DNA of 64,000 bases from Octopus vulgaris (taxonomy: Eukaryota), in the NCBI GenBank assembly GCA_951406725.2, contig OX597817.1, positions 127,844,001-127,908,000 of the forward strand. The letters run 5' to 3'. The notes beneath the pieces are model-generated. The model was not told where the DNA came from and did no database searches. It saw nothing but the letters and a program-made list of their open reading frames with translations. The position numbers and the translations under genes are program-made. Within the stretch, counting starts at the first letter, position 1; every line of letters begins with the position of its first letter. Below, piece after piece: positions 13,970-27,999 of this stretch.

Positions 13970-14055
13970 AATATTAGGGAATATTGTTCCAAACTTGCAG
14001 AGAAAATTTCAATTTAGAAATACTAAATCAAATTTCACAAAATATTATATACATA

Positions 14056-14137
<82 letters not shown>

Positions 14138-14621
14138 ATATGTTTGTTTTTATCTGATATTTAATTTTTTCTATACGATGTAATTTTTTTCTATATGGTA
14201 TAATTTCATTTTTTCATTGTTGAATTGATAAAAGGTGACTTTTTTTCTAATTTATATACATATATATATATATACATGTATATATGGGTACAGGTCATCA
14301 CCAACGGTGCAAATAACATGAGATGCATAAACAACGAGAAAAAATAGAAAACAGGACAAGTAAACACAGAGAAAGGACTCCAGCAATTTTCGGCTGTCTA
14401 TCTACTCCCCATTTCGAGCATTCAACACGAGTCTTCAAAGAAAGTCGAAATAAAATTTAGGATTTATGGAGGGTCAAAGTTGGGAACAAATACATGACAG
14501 TGGAGACATATAAGGGAACCGAACGAAAACATACATAGAGGGTTGCTAGAACAGAACGAGAGGAAAATAGTGAACGCTATGATTAAAATTTTTTGAAAAG
14601 AGAAAGATAGAAGAGAGAGGG

Positions 14622-14656
<35 letters not shown>

Positions 14657-14852
14657 TTTGTGCTGAGTTTTTTTTTTGAGAATACATTCTTTGTGGAAAA
14701 TAGCGATTTTGACGTCTATATATAGCATGTTGACCGTCCACTTTTAGTGGTCAGTCCTTTAAACTTTGTATGTAAAAATATTTTAATCTTCGGATTTTTT
14801 TTATATGCTAGGCCACTGGTTTTAATTGATTAATATCAATATCTACCCTTAT

Positions 14853-14900
<48 letters not shown>

Positions 14901-15675
14901 GGAGAGAGAGAGAGATAAACAAATAGACAGACAGACATGCATATATACATAATGCAGACAGATATGCATACATGGTTTGATGGATGAACGGACGGGAGTG
15001 TGCACTTTGTAAGCGTGGAAATAAAATTGCTAAATACTAAGAAGAATCAACGACAGTGATTTACTCTCTTTGTACACAGATAAAATAACACATAAAGCAA
15101 TGTGAATGTGCATGCTCGTTTTGTATTTCAATTCTGTTCTCATCATCTTTGTCTGCAAGTATCTGTGTCATGGTTTATTGTAAAAATGACGCCCGAACTT
15201 TGAAGCTAACGTTTATAGTAATTATCCACGTTAATACAAACTATCTTACCCTCTATCTTCGTTATCTGCCATTATATGGTCCGGTTAATAAGGCATGACT
15301 TATGTGATCACTTGACATGCTAGAAGCAACATAGAAATTACGTTCTTACATAGTGAAAAGGAATTTGACTTCACTGAATCATTCAAACTGCTTGAAACAG
15401 TAATAAAAGCTTCCATCCGTCTCATCATTTTCAACGTGTCATTATAAGATATAATCGCATTCGGAAAAAAAGGGGAATGATTTATAACTTGGATGATTAC
15501 TGAAATTTGTGACTAGACATCTGCAGTAATTATAGAGATGCTACGTATGCATGTAATCTGTCAGTTTGTGTGTGTGTATGTGTGTGTGCGTGTGTGATTG
15601 CGCGCGGGCGTCTGAACTTGTGTTTCCTATGATCCAGCCTATGATGTACTTTTCGTGAATTGATGAATACGATAA

Positions 15676-15820
15676 GCGCAGGCATTATTGTGTAGTAAGA
15701 AGTTTGCCTCCCAACTATATGGTTCAGTCCCTCTGCGTGACAAGTGTCTTCTACTATAGACCTGGGTCTACCAAAGACTTATTAGTGGATTTGGTGGCGA
15801 AAACAGAAAGAGTTCATCGT
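15676..15820 (+). mobile_element. SINE family B, 5' part (degenerate)
   Basis: Similar to 48182-48347. Confidence 0.7.
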
Positions 15821-15821
15821 T

Positions 15822-15864
<43 letters not shown>

Positions 15865-16035
15865 GTATGTACTTATGTATGTACTTATGTATGTATGTAT
15901 GAATGTATGTATGTATGTATGTATGTAGGTAGGTAGGTAGGTAGGCAGGTAGGTAGGTAGGTAGGGAGGTATTATACAGAATGAGATAAGAAACCCCAGG
16001 CTGTTAGGGGTTTTCAAGACATTTATAATGAGATA

Positions 16036-16083
16036 GTCTTACAGCTGTTCCCGGGATATTTTGGATGTCCCTTCATTAGAGAC
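16036..16083 (-). ncRNA. Degenerate hammerhead in the inverted pLTR arm
   Basis: GUCU-CUAAUGA-A-GGGACAU(CCAAA)AUAUCCC-G-GGAAC-AGCU-GUA-AGAC. Confidence 0.65.
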
Positions 16084-16509
16084 GGTGTGAGAAAATATTT
16101 GAGTTGGAATTATTGTGGAAAAGGAAGAGACAGGGAATATAATGGGAAATAAGAGAATGAAAGTAGAAATAAGATATATAAGATATATAAAGGTATATAA
16201 AAATATCGAGGAAAATGGTGTACAGAATGGTAAAAAAGTTTCCTGTACATGGTATGTAAGTACCAATAGCACTTCATGTTTAGTCATTTCAAAGTATCGA
16301 GCCGTGGAGTCAGTGCTACTCGTTAGAAAGGGTTATGTGGTGTGAATAAAAATTTGAGAATGTAATATTAATATTTGTGGATAGATGGGGTGAGCAGGAG
16401 AGATGTTTATGATTAGAAAGAGGAGATAGGCCAACTTTAAAACAGGAAGAGAAAATGAGGGGAGTGAGAGAAAAAAATGAATATTTATATATATATACTA
16501 ATCAAAAAC

Positions 16510-18523
16510 AAAAGTGAACACATCCCCCACAGATAAAGAAATAAAGATCTTGACGAGTTCTGCAGCCACATTGAAAACTTTCCCTACCATACTATACATA
16601 AACAGACAGTTAACCCAAATTTTAGCACTGCACAATGGAAGGAACTGATAGAACTCCAAAATGATGAAGATATAACCATTAAGGAGGCAGACAAAGGAAG
16701 TGCAGTTGTAATAATGGACACATTATACTATAGAAATCTAGTAATTTCCTTGCTTGATGACAATCAACATTATGAAAAGATCACCAACTACACCCCGCAA
16801 AAAATAATGAAAGCTCCGTCCTCACTAATTAAAACCCATGAAAAGGAACTGACAACCAAAGAGATTGACTTTCTAACAAACTTTAAATGCAAACCTAGCA
16901 TCTTCTATGGTCTGCCAAAAATACACAAAAGCCAAATTATAAATGAAACCATTAAAAAATCACCACAGACATACATACACACACCTAACCCAGGGGACCT
17001 AAAACTAGGACCCATTGTAGCTGGCACAGCCTGTGAAACACACAGACTAAGTCTATTTATGGACATCCTCCTGAAACTCTTCCTTAAACACGTCGATAGT
17101 CATATCGGAGATGACTTGGATATGTTAAACCACCTTCCCAAAAAAGTCAAGGAAGAAACAATCATGGTTTCATTTGACGTAGTTAATTTATATACCAGTA
17201 TACCTCATAATTATGGACTAGAGGCAATACAGTTCTGGCTGGACCAATTTCCGGAAGAAATACCAAAAAGGATCAGTAAAGAATTCATTACTAAATCGGT
17301 TGAATTCATCCTACAAAATAACCACTTCATGTTTGACAATACGTTTTACCGTCAAAAATCCGGAATTGCTATGGGTACAAGCGCAGCACAAGTCATCGCG
17401 AACCTAACAATGGGTTATAATCTCAATCGACCTTTGGAAACCCCCTTTCTCAATACATAAAAGAGAATTGGAAAAGATTCCTGGACGACTGTTTTATACT
17501 CTAGAATGAAAACACAGATAAACTCCTAAAGTTCAAAAACCTATTGAACAGCGTCCACCCAAATATACAGTTCACAATGGAGTACAACCAAAAGGAGCTT
17601 CGATTCTTAGATATACTGATTTAAAAAAATTAACCTAAAAATAGAAACATATTCTACAAAACCACAGACGCCAAACGATACCTACTTTTTGATTCATGCC
17701 ACCCAAGACACAAAAAAACAAACATCCTTTTCAACCTGGCAAGAAGGATATGCACAATAGTATCAGAACAAAATACCAGGAACTTTAGACTACAAGAACT
17801 CAAAAACACCCTAATTGACAGACACTACCCAGTTCAACTCATAGAGGATGGGATCAGACATACAACAGAAATCGACATAGAAACTTTGAGAAAAGTTCAA
17901 CACAACAACACACCTTCCCCGAAATTACTGTCTTACATATCCACATACAACCCTAGAAACAAAGAAGCCTTCACCATCATCACCAGAATTTACCAATACA
18001 TGAAAGCATTAAAAGCTACAAACAATCTAAATCACTAAAAAAGATTCTGACAAAGGCAAAATTGTTTTCTGAAATTACGGATGCAAAAGTATCAAAATGT
18101 GGTAAACCAAAATGCGCAACACGCCCAAACCCTCTAGAAGGATCAGATTTCCTTTTCAAAGAGGGACAAAAATTCAAGATCAAATCTAATTTTACTTGTG
18201 CTTCTGAAAACATAATTTATGTCATAAGATGCTCGGGCTGCCACCAAAACTACGTAGGGTCCACGGGATTATCACTCAGACGCAGATGCACTCTGCATCG
18301 ACAACAGATTCCATTCCCAGAATGCAGAATGATATCCTTTAGTGAGCATATTGGGAAATGCGCAAAGCAACTATTACCACAGCTTTTAATCTTTCCATTC
18401 TATCAATGTGCCATTGGAACACCAACACAAATTAAATTAAACAAGGAAACATTCTTCATTGAAAAATATAAGCCTAAACTTAACCATCCTAACATTCTTA
18501 CACAGAGAAACTCATCTCATTGA
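16510..18523 (+). pseudogene. Penelope-like RT plus GIY-YIG endonuclease pseudogene
   Basis: IKEADKGSAVV, FYGLPKIHK, SFDVVNLYTSIP, QKSGIAMGT, RFLDDCF, then CGKPKC linker and NIIYVIRCSGCHQNYVGST; frameshifts and stops from ~17420 onward. Confidence 0.95.
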
Positions 18524-18651
18524 AAAAATGAAAAAAATATAAAGCGATTATCTCCCTTATACCGGAAGAAATCCCTGATTACCTCCCCCTGCCTGGAACT
18601 CTTCTTTGCACTACATAACAAAGACATGACACAATGTAGGTAAAGAAATTT

Positions 18652-18690
18652 GAGAAATTTGAAGAGTTTACACGAAACCGGTTATTTCTC
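18652..18690 (+). ncRNA. Minimal type I hammerhead downstream of the PLE ORF
   Basis: GAGAAAU-UUGAAGA-GU(UUAC)AC-GAAA-CCGG-UU-AUUUCUC: perfect 7-bp helix I and palindromic ACCGGU helix III; C3 is U. Confidence 0.7.
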
Positions 18691-18845
18691 CAAAACTATG
18701 TTTCTATACACAACATTTTATAACATTTTTTTAACATAACGACTTAAATATATTCTTCAACCTTATAAAACAAGCCTTCTGTAGTTTTTTCACTATTTTC
18801 TATTTTTTATACATCCAATCACGTGCTTTCACACACCAACTTTCT

Positions 18846-18882
<37 letters not shown>

Positions 18883-20002
18883 CCATATATATATATATGT
18901 GCGTGTGTATGTATGTATGTGTACGTGCATATATATATATGTAAATATATATGAATCCGTGTGGATACGCGTATGTATGTATACGTAAGTACCTGTATGT
19001 TGTTTATGCGCGTGACTGTAGATGCGTGTGCACCTGCGCCCACATATGTGCATGTGCATGTATATATACATGTATGAAATCATTTACGAATGCGCCTGAG
19101 CATACATGTGTATATATGCATGAGTATGTATAAGCGTATGTATATGACTATATATATGTGTGTGTGTATATATATAAGTATTATATATATTCACACATAT
19201 ATCTGCATGTGAGTGCATGCGAACGTATGTCATTATACCTTCATTCCGCCTCTCTGATTCGTAATTTTTACTAACTTCTCATATACGTCTATATATAGTA
19301 ATTTGACAACCTTGTGTTCTTCTCCCCACTTCAAATTTTACTACACAAACTACTACTCACATCGATATCACACCACCCATACCTTTTCTGTACCTTTTCT
19401 CCACCCATCAGCTCTGTCATATCACTCCTACTCATATATATCACATTATTTTACCCCTTACCTCCTCATCTCTTCCTATTCCTCCCCCACACCTCTACCA
19501 TCCGCCAATCCCATTATCTTGACCACCAACTAACACTCCTTTCCTCACTTCTTTCACCCTTTCTTCCCATTTTCCCTCTTTTCACTTTGTTTTTTCTCTC
19601 TCCCTTTTTCTTTTTTTCTTTTTTCTCTCTTTCTTCCCCTCATATCCTCTTTTCTGTTTTAAATTTGACCTATCTCCTCTTCGTAATCATACATTTCTCT
19701 TGTCCCACCATCTATACACAAATACTACCAATACATTCTCAAATTTTCATTCACACCACAAACACTTTCGCAGGAGCAACGCTGACGCCACAACTACATA
19801 CTTTGTAATGACTAAACATGAACTTACATACCATGTACAGGAAACTTTTTTGCCAATTCTATACATCATTTTCATCGAATAATGGAACTTCAACTACAAT
19901 ATCTTTATATATCTTATTTGTACTTTCATTCTCTTCTTTCCCTCTATATTCCCTATCTCTTCCTTTTCTACAATAATTCGAACTCAGATATTTTCTCACA
20001 CC

Positions 20003-20050
20003 GTCTCTGATCAAAGGATATCCTTAATATCCCAGAAACAGTAGTAAGAG
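20003..20050 (+). ncRNA. Degenerate hammerhead in the 3' pLTR
   Basis: GUCU-CUGAUCA-AAGGAUAU(CCUUA)AUAUCCC-A-GAAAC-AGUA-GUA-AGAG; paralog of 16036-16083. Confidence 0.6.
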
Positions 20051-20294
20051 TATTTCATTATAAATGTACTGAAAACTCCTGACAGCCTTGGCTTTGTTAT
20101 CTCATTCTGTATAATACATATATGCATGCTAACACAAGACCCACATTAGACTGCTCACTCGTATCATTATCGATCCAAGAGTTAAACTACGTTTTGACCA
20201 TAGCACTTACTTAGCGTTACCCGATCCTCTCTGGGTTTTCTAAATACCAATACCTCTCATACCCTCGCTATTTATTTATATATATATATATACC

Positions 20295-20339
<45 letters not shown>

Positions 20340-20535
20340 GGGAGAAGGGAGCAAGGAGCAAGGAAGAGAGAATTATAGTCAACAAATGAGATCCTGCGAA
20401 TCTCAATATAGAAAACACATAATAGCAGTCTATTCCTTTTAACGTACAGCCTAATCTCTTTACCAGGGTCCAACTCTATGGGATAAAGAGTGAGCATATA
20501 AAGAGGATATACTATACCAAGTGAGCAAATATGGA

Positions 20536-20745
20536 GTTAATCCAAACAAGAAAGCACAAATAAACACAACAATGCGAGGACGTGTAACAAGTATAGTATT
20601 ATTGGACGCTCAGGAAAGAAGGAAAGCAGGAGGGCTTAACATTTTGAGCGGAGCTCTTCGTCGGAAACATAGGAGAAGGAAAGATCCAGAGAAGCGAAGA
20701 CAGAATAAAAAAATCGCCAACGGTACACACGCGGTCACATTTTGA
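20536..20745 (-). mobile_element. Solo pLTR-like repeat (copy 2) with decayed hammerhead at 20634-20668
   Basis: Aligns with 9355-9553; keeps CCGACGA-A-GAGC/GCUC but GAAAC is mutated to AAAAU. Confidence 0.7.
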
Positions 20746-20757
20746 ATGCATATACAC

Positions 20758-20836
<79 letters not shown>

Positions 20837-20837
<1 letters not shown>

Positions 20838-22104
20838 GAGGGAGTTTCAATAAGTAATGCCCCTGACCCACTTCCCATAGCAGTAGAGCAACGACACTTG
20901 GCACAGTTATTAGTCTTTTCCTACAGAGGAACTACCCAGAGTTATGCATTTCTCCCATCGTTTGATACAGCTCTGGAGACCGTTTTTGGAGAAGACCCCA
21001 GCTTGGTCCTCCAACCACGACGTGACTTCAGAAATCAAGGCTGCATCATCTGGGAAACGCTTTCCTTTCAAAATCAACTTCATGGCTGGGAAGAAGTGAC
21101 AATCAGAGGGTGCAAGCGGAGGAGTTCATAGCTGCACGCCTGTGCTTCTGATCTGGCGACACGCGAGTTGTGTACCGGAGCGTTGTCCTGCAGGAGGAGG
21201 ATGCCTTTGCTGATCTTGCCCCGCCTCTTGATTTTGATAGCTTCTCTTAATTTCCTCAAAAGTGAAGCATAATAGGCTTCTGTAATTGTGGTACCCTTTG
21301 CCAGGAAATCTGTCATCACTACTCCGTCCTGGTCCCAGAAGACTGTGAGCATAACCTTGTCAGCGGAGGGCTGCACCCTTGCCTTCTTTGGAGAAGGTGA
21401 GTCACGGTGCTTTCACTGCATTGACTGGGCTTTGGTCTATGGATCATAGTGATGGACCCAGGTTTTATCCTGTGTGATCAGTCTTTTGAAAAATTTTGAC
21501 TCATCTTCTTGGCACATCTCCAAATTCACCCTCGAGCAATCAACGCGTTCTTGCTTCTGGAAAGGTGTGAGCAACCTGGAAATCCATCTGGTAGACACCT
21601 TTTGCATATGCAAATGGTCATGAATGATAGTTTCCACAGACCCGGTACTAATCTCGACCTTATGGGCTATTTGGCGAATAGTTATGCGTTGACTTTCCAA
21701 AATGGCAGCCTCAACTTGACGGACAGACGTCTCATCAACGGCAGAAGGGGGCGACCAGATCTGGGAGCTGATTCCACAGAGTTCCGACTATGTTTGAATT
21801 CACAATGCCAGCGTTTTACAAGGTCATATGATGGGGCATCATCACCATAAGTTACTTTCATTTCATCAAAAGTCTCCCGTGGTGTGCGTCCTTTCAAATA
21901 CAAAAACCAGATCAGTGCTCGACACTCAACAGGCTCCATTTCACACTTGACTCAGTTCAACACCTGTAAATCAGAAACCACAATTAGTTCAGAGCTGTAA
22001 TTCGCCACTTGATCTCTAGAGGTATAAATAAGTGCACATGCAAAATCTCAGCTAGATCAAACAAATGCAAGTGGGTCAGGGGCATTATTTATTGAACGCC
22101 CCTC

Positions 22105-22105
<1 letters not shown>
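20837..22105 (-). mobile_element. Full-length mariner (DD34D) with frameshifted transposase
   Basis: 37-bp TIRs CGAGGG..TTCAATAA.TAATGCCCCTGACCCACTT set in (TA)n; ORF pieces 21682-21939, 21437-21700 (ITQDKTWVHHYDP) and 21080-21376 (LLQDNAPVH); the YSPDL motif is partly deleted. Confidence 0.95.
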
Positions 22106-22166
<61 letters not shown>

Positions 22167-22184
22167 GTATATATGTATGTTTGT

Positions 22185-22465
22185 GTGTCTGCCTTTGTCT
22201 CCCTATCTTTGCTTAACAACCGATGTTAGTGTGTTTACGTCCCGTAACTTAGTAGTTTGCCGAAAGAAACCGATAGAATAAGTACTAGGCTTACAAAGAA
22301 TAAGTCCTGGGATGGATTTGTTCCAGCAAAATGAAAGAATTCCTGGCCGCATCGTCCGGGTTCAGTTCCACTGCATAATATCCACTCTCTTCTACTATTG
22401 CTTCGGTCTGACTAAGAACTTGTGAATGTATTTGGTAGATGGAAACTGAGAGAAGCCCGTCGTAT
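22185..22465 (+). mobile_element. SINE family B fragments
   Basis: Match the 3' part (GTGTTTACGTCCCGTAACTTAG..GATAGAATAAGTACT) and the 5' part of 48182-48590. Confidence 0.7.
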
Positions 22466-22797
22466 ATATATATTTTTTGTTTTATTTATGGTAACGTTGT
22501 AAATATGCAAATAAATCTCTTATGCCATTATGCCGGACACTGTCTAATGACGCTAACTAGTGAGCCAGTTTTTCGGAGTTGCATCAAGTTATTCCGATAT
22601 AATGTAGGATGAATATAACAATAGCAATAGTCTTAATATGGAATTTATAAACGCTTGATGCATTACTACGCACGTTTTTACAAATTACATAACTTCGGCA
22701 TCCAGTTAATCGTTATCATTGATTTCTTCAGGCGATATAACGTTAGTGGATGAACCACAGAGGGATGTTTTTCTCTTTTCAGCAATTTGAAGGTCAA

Positions 22798-22850
<53 letters not shown>

Positions 22851-23051
22851 AATATATGCATACATATAAGTACACACCTACATATATATTTATATATACA
22901 TGCATATATGGGTACAGGACATCAAAACAAAACTTTGAACACAATGTGAAAGGAAAAATAAAAACAAAAATGTAGAAACGAACTTTTGGGGGAACAACGA
23001 AAAAAACAGAGAAACGAGACATACAACATAAAGAATATTCCCCTTCTTCAG

Positions 23052-23084
<33 letters not shown>

Positions 23085-23087
<3 letters not shown>

Positions 23088-24703
23088 TTGCGGCCAAAAA
23101 TGTTCATAACGGCATTGTTTTCGTCAGAAAAGTAGGTATAAGTTTTTTTATCAAAGTTGTTGTATATTCTATAATTTTCACACACAATACATACGGTATT
23201 ATTTGTTATTGTCTGAGATTTTGGTGTAATTTGAGAGGATAATACAAAAGCTATGGATGATTTAGTGATTTACTGCAAAACCCATGGTGGTCAAAATGTT
23301 CAGAACGGTTGCTTTTACTCTGTGTTTTAGTATATTTAACCGGCGAACTCTAACGTTTTGAATTTGTTTACGTGAAGGTTCGTTTACTAAACATTAGTAA
23401 GAATATCTGCAGTGTACTTTGTTAATATAATGCCACTTACTCTGTTACCAATTCGTCAGCAGATTATTAAGCTTCGAAAGAATGATAATTTAAGTATTGG
23501 GTCTATTGCAACGATTGAAAAGTGTTGTTCACGGTATTCTTAAGGTCTACGATGATTGTGGTTCGTGTGAAGCAAGAAAGTCTACAGGTAGGCCAAGAAA
23601 ACGACCAAGAGAGGAGATCGTGCTATGGTAAAATTGGTTAAAAAGGACAGATTTAAAACAGCTGCTGCTGTTTCTCTGGAAATGAGCATTGTACTGAAGA
23701 AAACCTTATCTCGAAAAACTGTCTCGTCGTTTAGTTGAACATGGCCTACAAGCAAGAGTACCTGCAGTGAAGCCACTGATCAGCTCCAAGAATAAAAAGT
23801 GTCATCTTACCTTTGCAACCGAACATGTGTTATGGTCTCAATAAAAATGGCAAACAGTGCAATTCAGTGATGAATCTAAGTTTATATTATTTGGCTCAGA
23901 TGGGAAAAGGTACGTTCGTCGAAAAGTAGGTGAAAAATTGTCGCCTAAATGCCTTAAGACTAGTGTTAAATTCGGTGGAGGAAGTGTCATGGTTTGGGGG
24001 ATGATATCTAGAGATGGCGTGGGGCCCTTTGGTGCAATTACATGGAAAGGTAAATGAAGGAGTTTATAAACAACTTGTAAAAGATCATGCCTTACCTGTG
24101 CTGAGATATTCAGCTAAGCGACCACCGATATTCATGCAGGACAATATCCCATGTCAAAAGGCTAAGGTGATCATGAACTTCCTCAAGGCTGAAAAGGTTA
24201 TTGTTATGGATTGACCTGCTCAAAGCCCAGATCTCAATCCTATTGAAAATGTGTGGAATATTCTAGGAAAACCTTCGAAAGACAGAAATCCTAAAACAAC
24301 CAAGGAATTATGGAATGCCCTTCAGGAAGAATGGAATAAGATTACCCAGCAAGAAATTGAAAATTTAATTTCCTCATGCAGTCGAAGATGCCAAAGTGTG
24401 ATTGAAGCTAAAGGTCCTCACACTAAATATTAAATAATTCCAGTATTCTCTGTCATTTTTGATTATTTTGTTATATTTTCAACCGTTCTGATCATTTTGG
24501 CCGCCATGGGTTTTGCAGTAAATCACTAAATCATCCATACGTTTTATATTATCCTCTCAAATTACACCAAAATCTCAGACAATAACAATTCATATCGTAT
24601 TCATCGTTTGTGAAAATTATAGAATATAAAACAACTTTGATAAAAACTTATACCTACTTTTCTGACGAAAACAATGCCGTTCTGAACATTTTGGCCGCAA
24701 CTG
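23085..24703 (+). mobile_element. Full-length Tc1 (DD34E) with ~225-bp IR/DR TIRs, frameshifted transposase
   Basis: TA|CAGTTGCGGCCAAAA..TTTTGGCCGCAACTG|TA; TIRs 23085-23310 and 24481-24703; transposase ~23430-24433 with FSDESKF, FMQDN, SPDLNPIEN, GPHTKY*. Confidence 0.96.
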
Positions 24704-27700
24704 TATATATCAGGACTATGTGTGTGCTTAAGGAAAGAAGTTGAATACTTGCTGTATGTGAGACAATATGAAGAGAATAAATGTTATGAAATAGCATGTA
24801 TATTCAAAATTACAAACGTATGTAAACAGAATTTTCCAAAGTATGCTTTCATAAGTTTTAATCCGCGTTACTCGCAGTACAATTCTTCTCCATAACCAAC
24901 AACTTCACTGTCATCTTACTATCCAGTTGGGATTGATTGACTCCTTGTAACATTGATATTTTGTTAAAAATATTTTCATGAATTTTACAAATCACTTTAA
25001 AACTCACTGAATATTGACGATCTCATACACCCATAACAAAAGAGATTATTCTTGATCTCCGTGAGGAAATTGTCTGACACCATGTAGCATTCAGCTGCTA
25101 TTGATTCTATTGTCAGTCAGCAGCAACCCCATCCAATAGCAGTCAGCAATAATTAATAGTCAAATTTCATTGACCCCCCCCACCACCACCACGTGACCTG
25201 AAGAAAATATAAAGAATGAGCATTTCTTATTCTTCCATGATAAAGTTCTATTTTGAAGCTGTGTGTGTGTGTGTTCGTGTGTGTGCGTGTGTGTGTGTAT
25301 CTGTGTGTGCGTGAGATGCAATAATGAGGTCAATCTCAAAAGTGATATTTTGAAATCACTTCATACGTACGTTTCAGGTTTCTGTAATATATAACAGGAC
25401 AACAGGAAATGCATCAGTGACATTAGATCTTCCTCGGTAAAAATATTTCAATATATATATATTTTTTTTGTGTTAGTTTAATTAAATTTTCAATCGAGGA
25501 TGATGATGAAAGAACGTAGGGATTTTAAGATGTGATACAGACAGATGAAAACGAAGATTTTACATTTGAAAGAGATGTGCGGAGCAGATGTTAAAAAATC
25601 TTTTACCAAATAAGGCTACGGAATAACTTGAAGGTGACAGAAGATTGTAGAATACTGATGCAAGTAAGAAGAATCGAACGCTAGGAATTGATGTATATTT
25701 TAGAGTAAATATGAAGTTGGTCTAATTTTATGTTTGAAAATAAGTAAGATAATTCAAGCTGAATATGATCTGAATTTATAACTGAAGGGGCAAATACGTC
25801 GCGTTGTTATTAGTGCCGGATGTTGGAACTTATCGTAGAAAGAAATAAATTATCAGATAAGGAATTAGTATGAATGATACAAGTAAATTGGTCGAAATAG
25901 ATAAGAATTATTGAAGCCGGAGGTAAATTTAATGAACGACAATAAAAAAAATGTGAGCACGTAAAAAGAAAGCCTTCAAAGGTAAAGTGACAATGAATAT
26001 GTGTGAGTAAATTATCAATAACACTAGATAAAGAGTCGGCTTTGCTATGACAGGAAAGGGACTGTAATTACGGTTTAAGTAAGCAGAAGTTTTATAGTTT
26101 GGCTGGAATGATGGAAATACATAGGCAATTCTGAGATGGATGTGTACGATAGTTTATTTTCAAGCAGTATAAAGTAGCATCTATGTGAACTGAGTAAAGC
26201 ATATATTCGATTAATATTGAGAATTGTGTTAATAATAGTGGTTGAGGCTATAAAATAGGATTTGGGAGTAAGAAGGGTATAAAACATGTCGAAATTATCC
26301 AAAGGCCCATATAACAATATATATTTCAAAAAGAAATCGAAATGAAATGAGGTTTGGTAAAAAATATGAAAACAAAAGCATCTAGAGAACTAGAATTACA
26401 ATGAGATATGACAGAAAAAAAATATATATATTATTCTGTGAGTGTGTTTGTTTGATTGGTTGGTCGTACAATAGGAATCGGAATGGTGGTAAAAGAACTA
26501 GAATGCTAAAGGAATAAGACAAGTGCCTATGTTCTTCTTCATCCACAACCTACATTTATATATATTAATTTTGCTCTCCTTTTTTTAGCGCTAGGTCAGC
26601 TAATTTAGCTCATCTTTGATATTTACTCCAACCTTCACATAGCTTATACTTTTTCATATTACATTTCCAATACATATTTCTTTTTTATTAACTTACTTGC
26701 AACTTTTAAACTACCATTTTAATCTACGTCACACATCAGGCCATCCCTATTAGTATAATGTATTCCTACTTTTGTCATACCGCATTGTCATTTCGGACGT
26801 TTATATAATTCAACAGGCTTCATCTTTCATCTCATCTCCTTTTGATAAGTTTCTTTTTGTTATATCCCATTGTAATTTCAGTGATTTAGATAATTTTAAC
26901 TAGATTTACATATTTTTTTTAAACAGTCACCTTTAATATTAATGGGATTTTTAATATCAGCCCGCAATAGCATTTTTAACATCTCTTTGTCTTGTTTCGG
27001 TTTTTTGGGGGGTTTTATTTTGTTTTTTTGCTCTGAAAGCATCTTATTTTATAAACATAGCCATTTAATATTAATGTAATTATCAATATTAATCTAAAAT
27101 ATGTACTCTTTTTCATTCCTATACGCGCTGCTTAACTCTGCCCGAAAATATGGCATATATCGCACAAATTCATCTCGTATTCCTGGCGTATTTAAGACAT
27201 TACATCGGAACACTAATAAATCTAATAACACTTAAACTCAAATTAAAAGTCCCCATTTTTATCAGAAACTGCCACCATTCATCTAATGTTATTGAGTCTT
27301 TATCGTCACCATAAATATGAAAGTTATCATTTAAGCATTTTTCTCATAAATCTCTGTCATATGTGTACCTTTAGTGTTCATAATTCTTTTCTATATCGTT
27401 GTCAGTTTCATTTGCATTCTCCATACTGTCTTAGCATATCATAGTTTATTTTTGCTCGCACTAATTTGCCAAAGCACGGCTTTAATAAATTATCCAACGC
27501 CTCTCATACATAACATATTGTACTTTAATTTCAATTGAATCTACCTTGTTCTCTTTTTTCCTTCTCTTTTCATCTTTACCATTTTGCTTCTTTACTTTTC
27601 ACATCACCTTGAACGATGATTTCGAAGTTTTTATATCTAACCTCTTTTGTCATATTTCTAGTTTCTGTCAGAGTCCTCAGGTACCAATTAAAAATATATA

Positions 27701-27999
27701 TTCGACCCTTTATTTTCCTCCCTTCAATATTTCTTATTTTCGTGCCCCATCTTTCTTAAATTTCTTCCTGTGCATTCTTCATATGTCATTTTATAACATC
27801 TGCTCTTCCCGTTGTGGTTTCTCAACAACTATATTTGTCATTTTCTTTCCTTAATCATAACCATCATAAATTCATTAATATTTCTCATCATTAAAGTCAG
27901 TAACTTTTCTTTAAAATATTCCAATTATGCTATTTGTAAGAATTTTCTCTATCAAATCTTCTTTCCAACTGTAAAGAGTACGAAGTGACAACGTTTGTA

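Larger units (their letters stand above)
15969..20117 (+). mobile_element. Older Neptune-type Penelope-like element, 5'-truncated, with inverted pLTR arm
   Basis: 15969-~16478 is an inverted, diverged copy of ~19620-20117; encloses an RT/GIY-YIG pseudogene; microsatellite flanks. Confidence 0.85.

Noticed and set aside
14287-14560. pLTR-like segment with TTGAAGA..CGAAAT and GCCGAAA on the minus strand (similar start at 22910)
   Set aside because: Helices cannot be drawn convincingly; too degenerate to call
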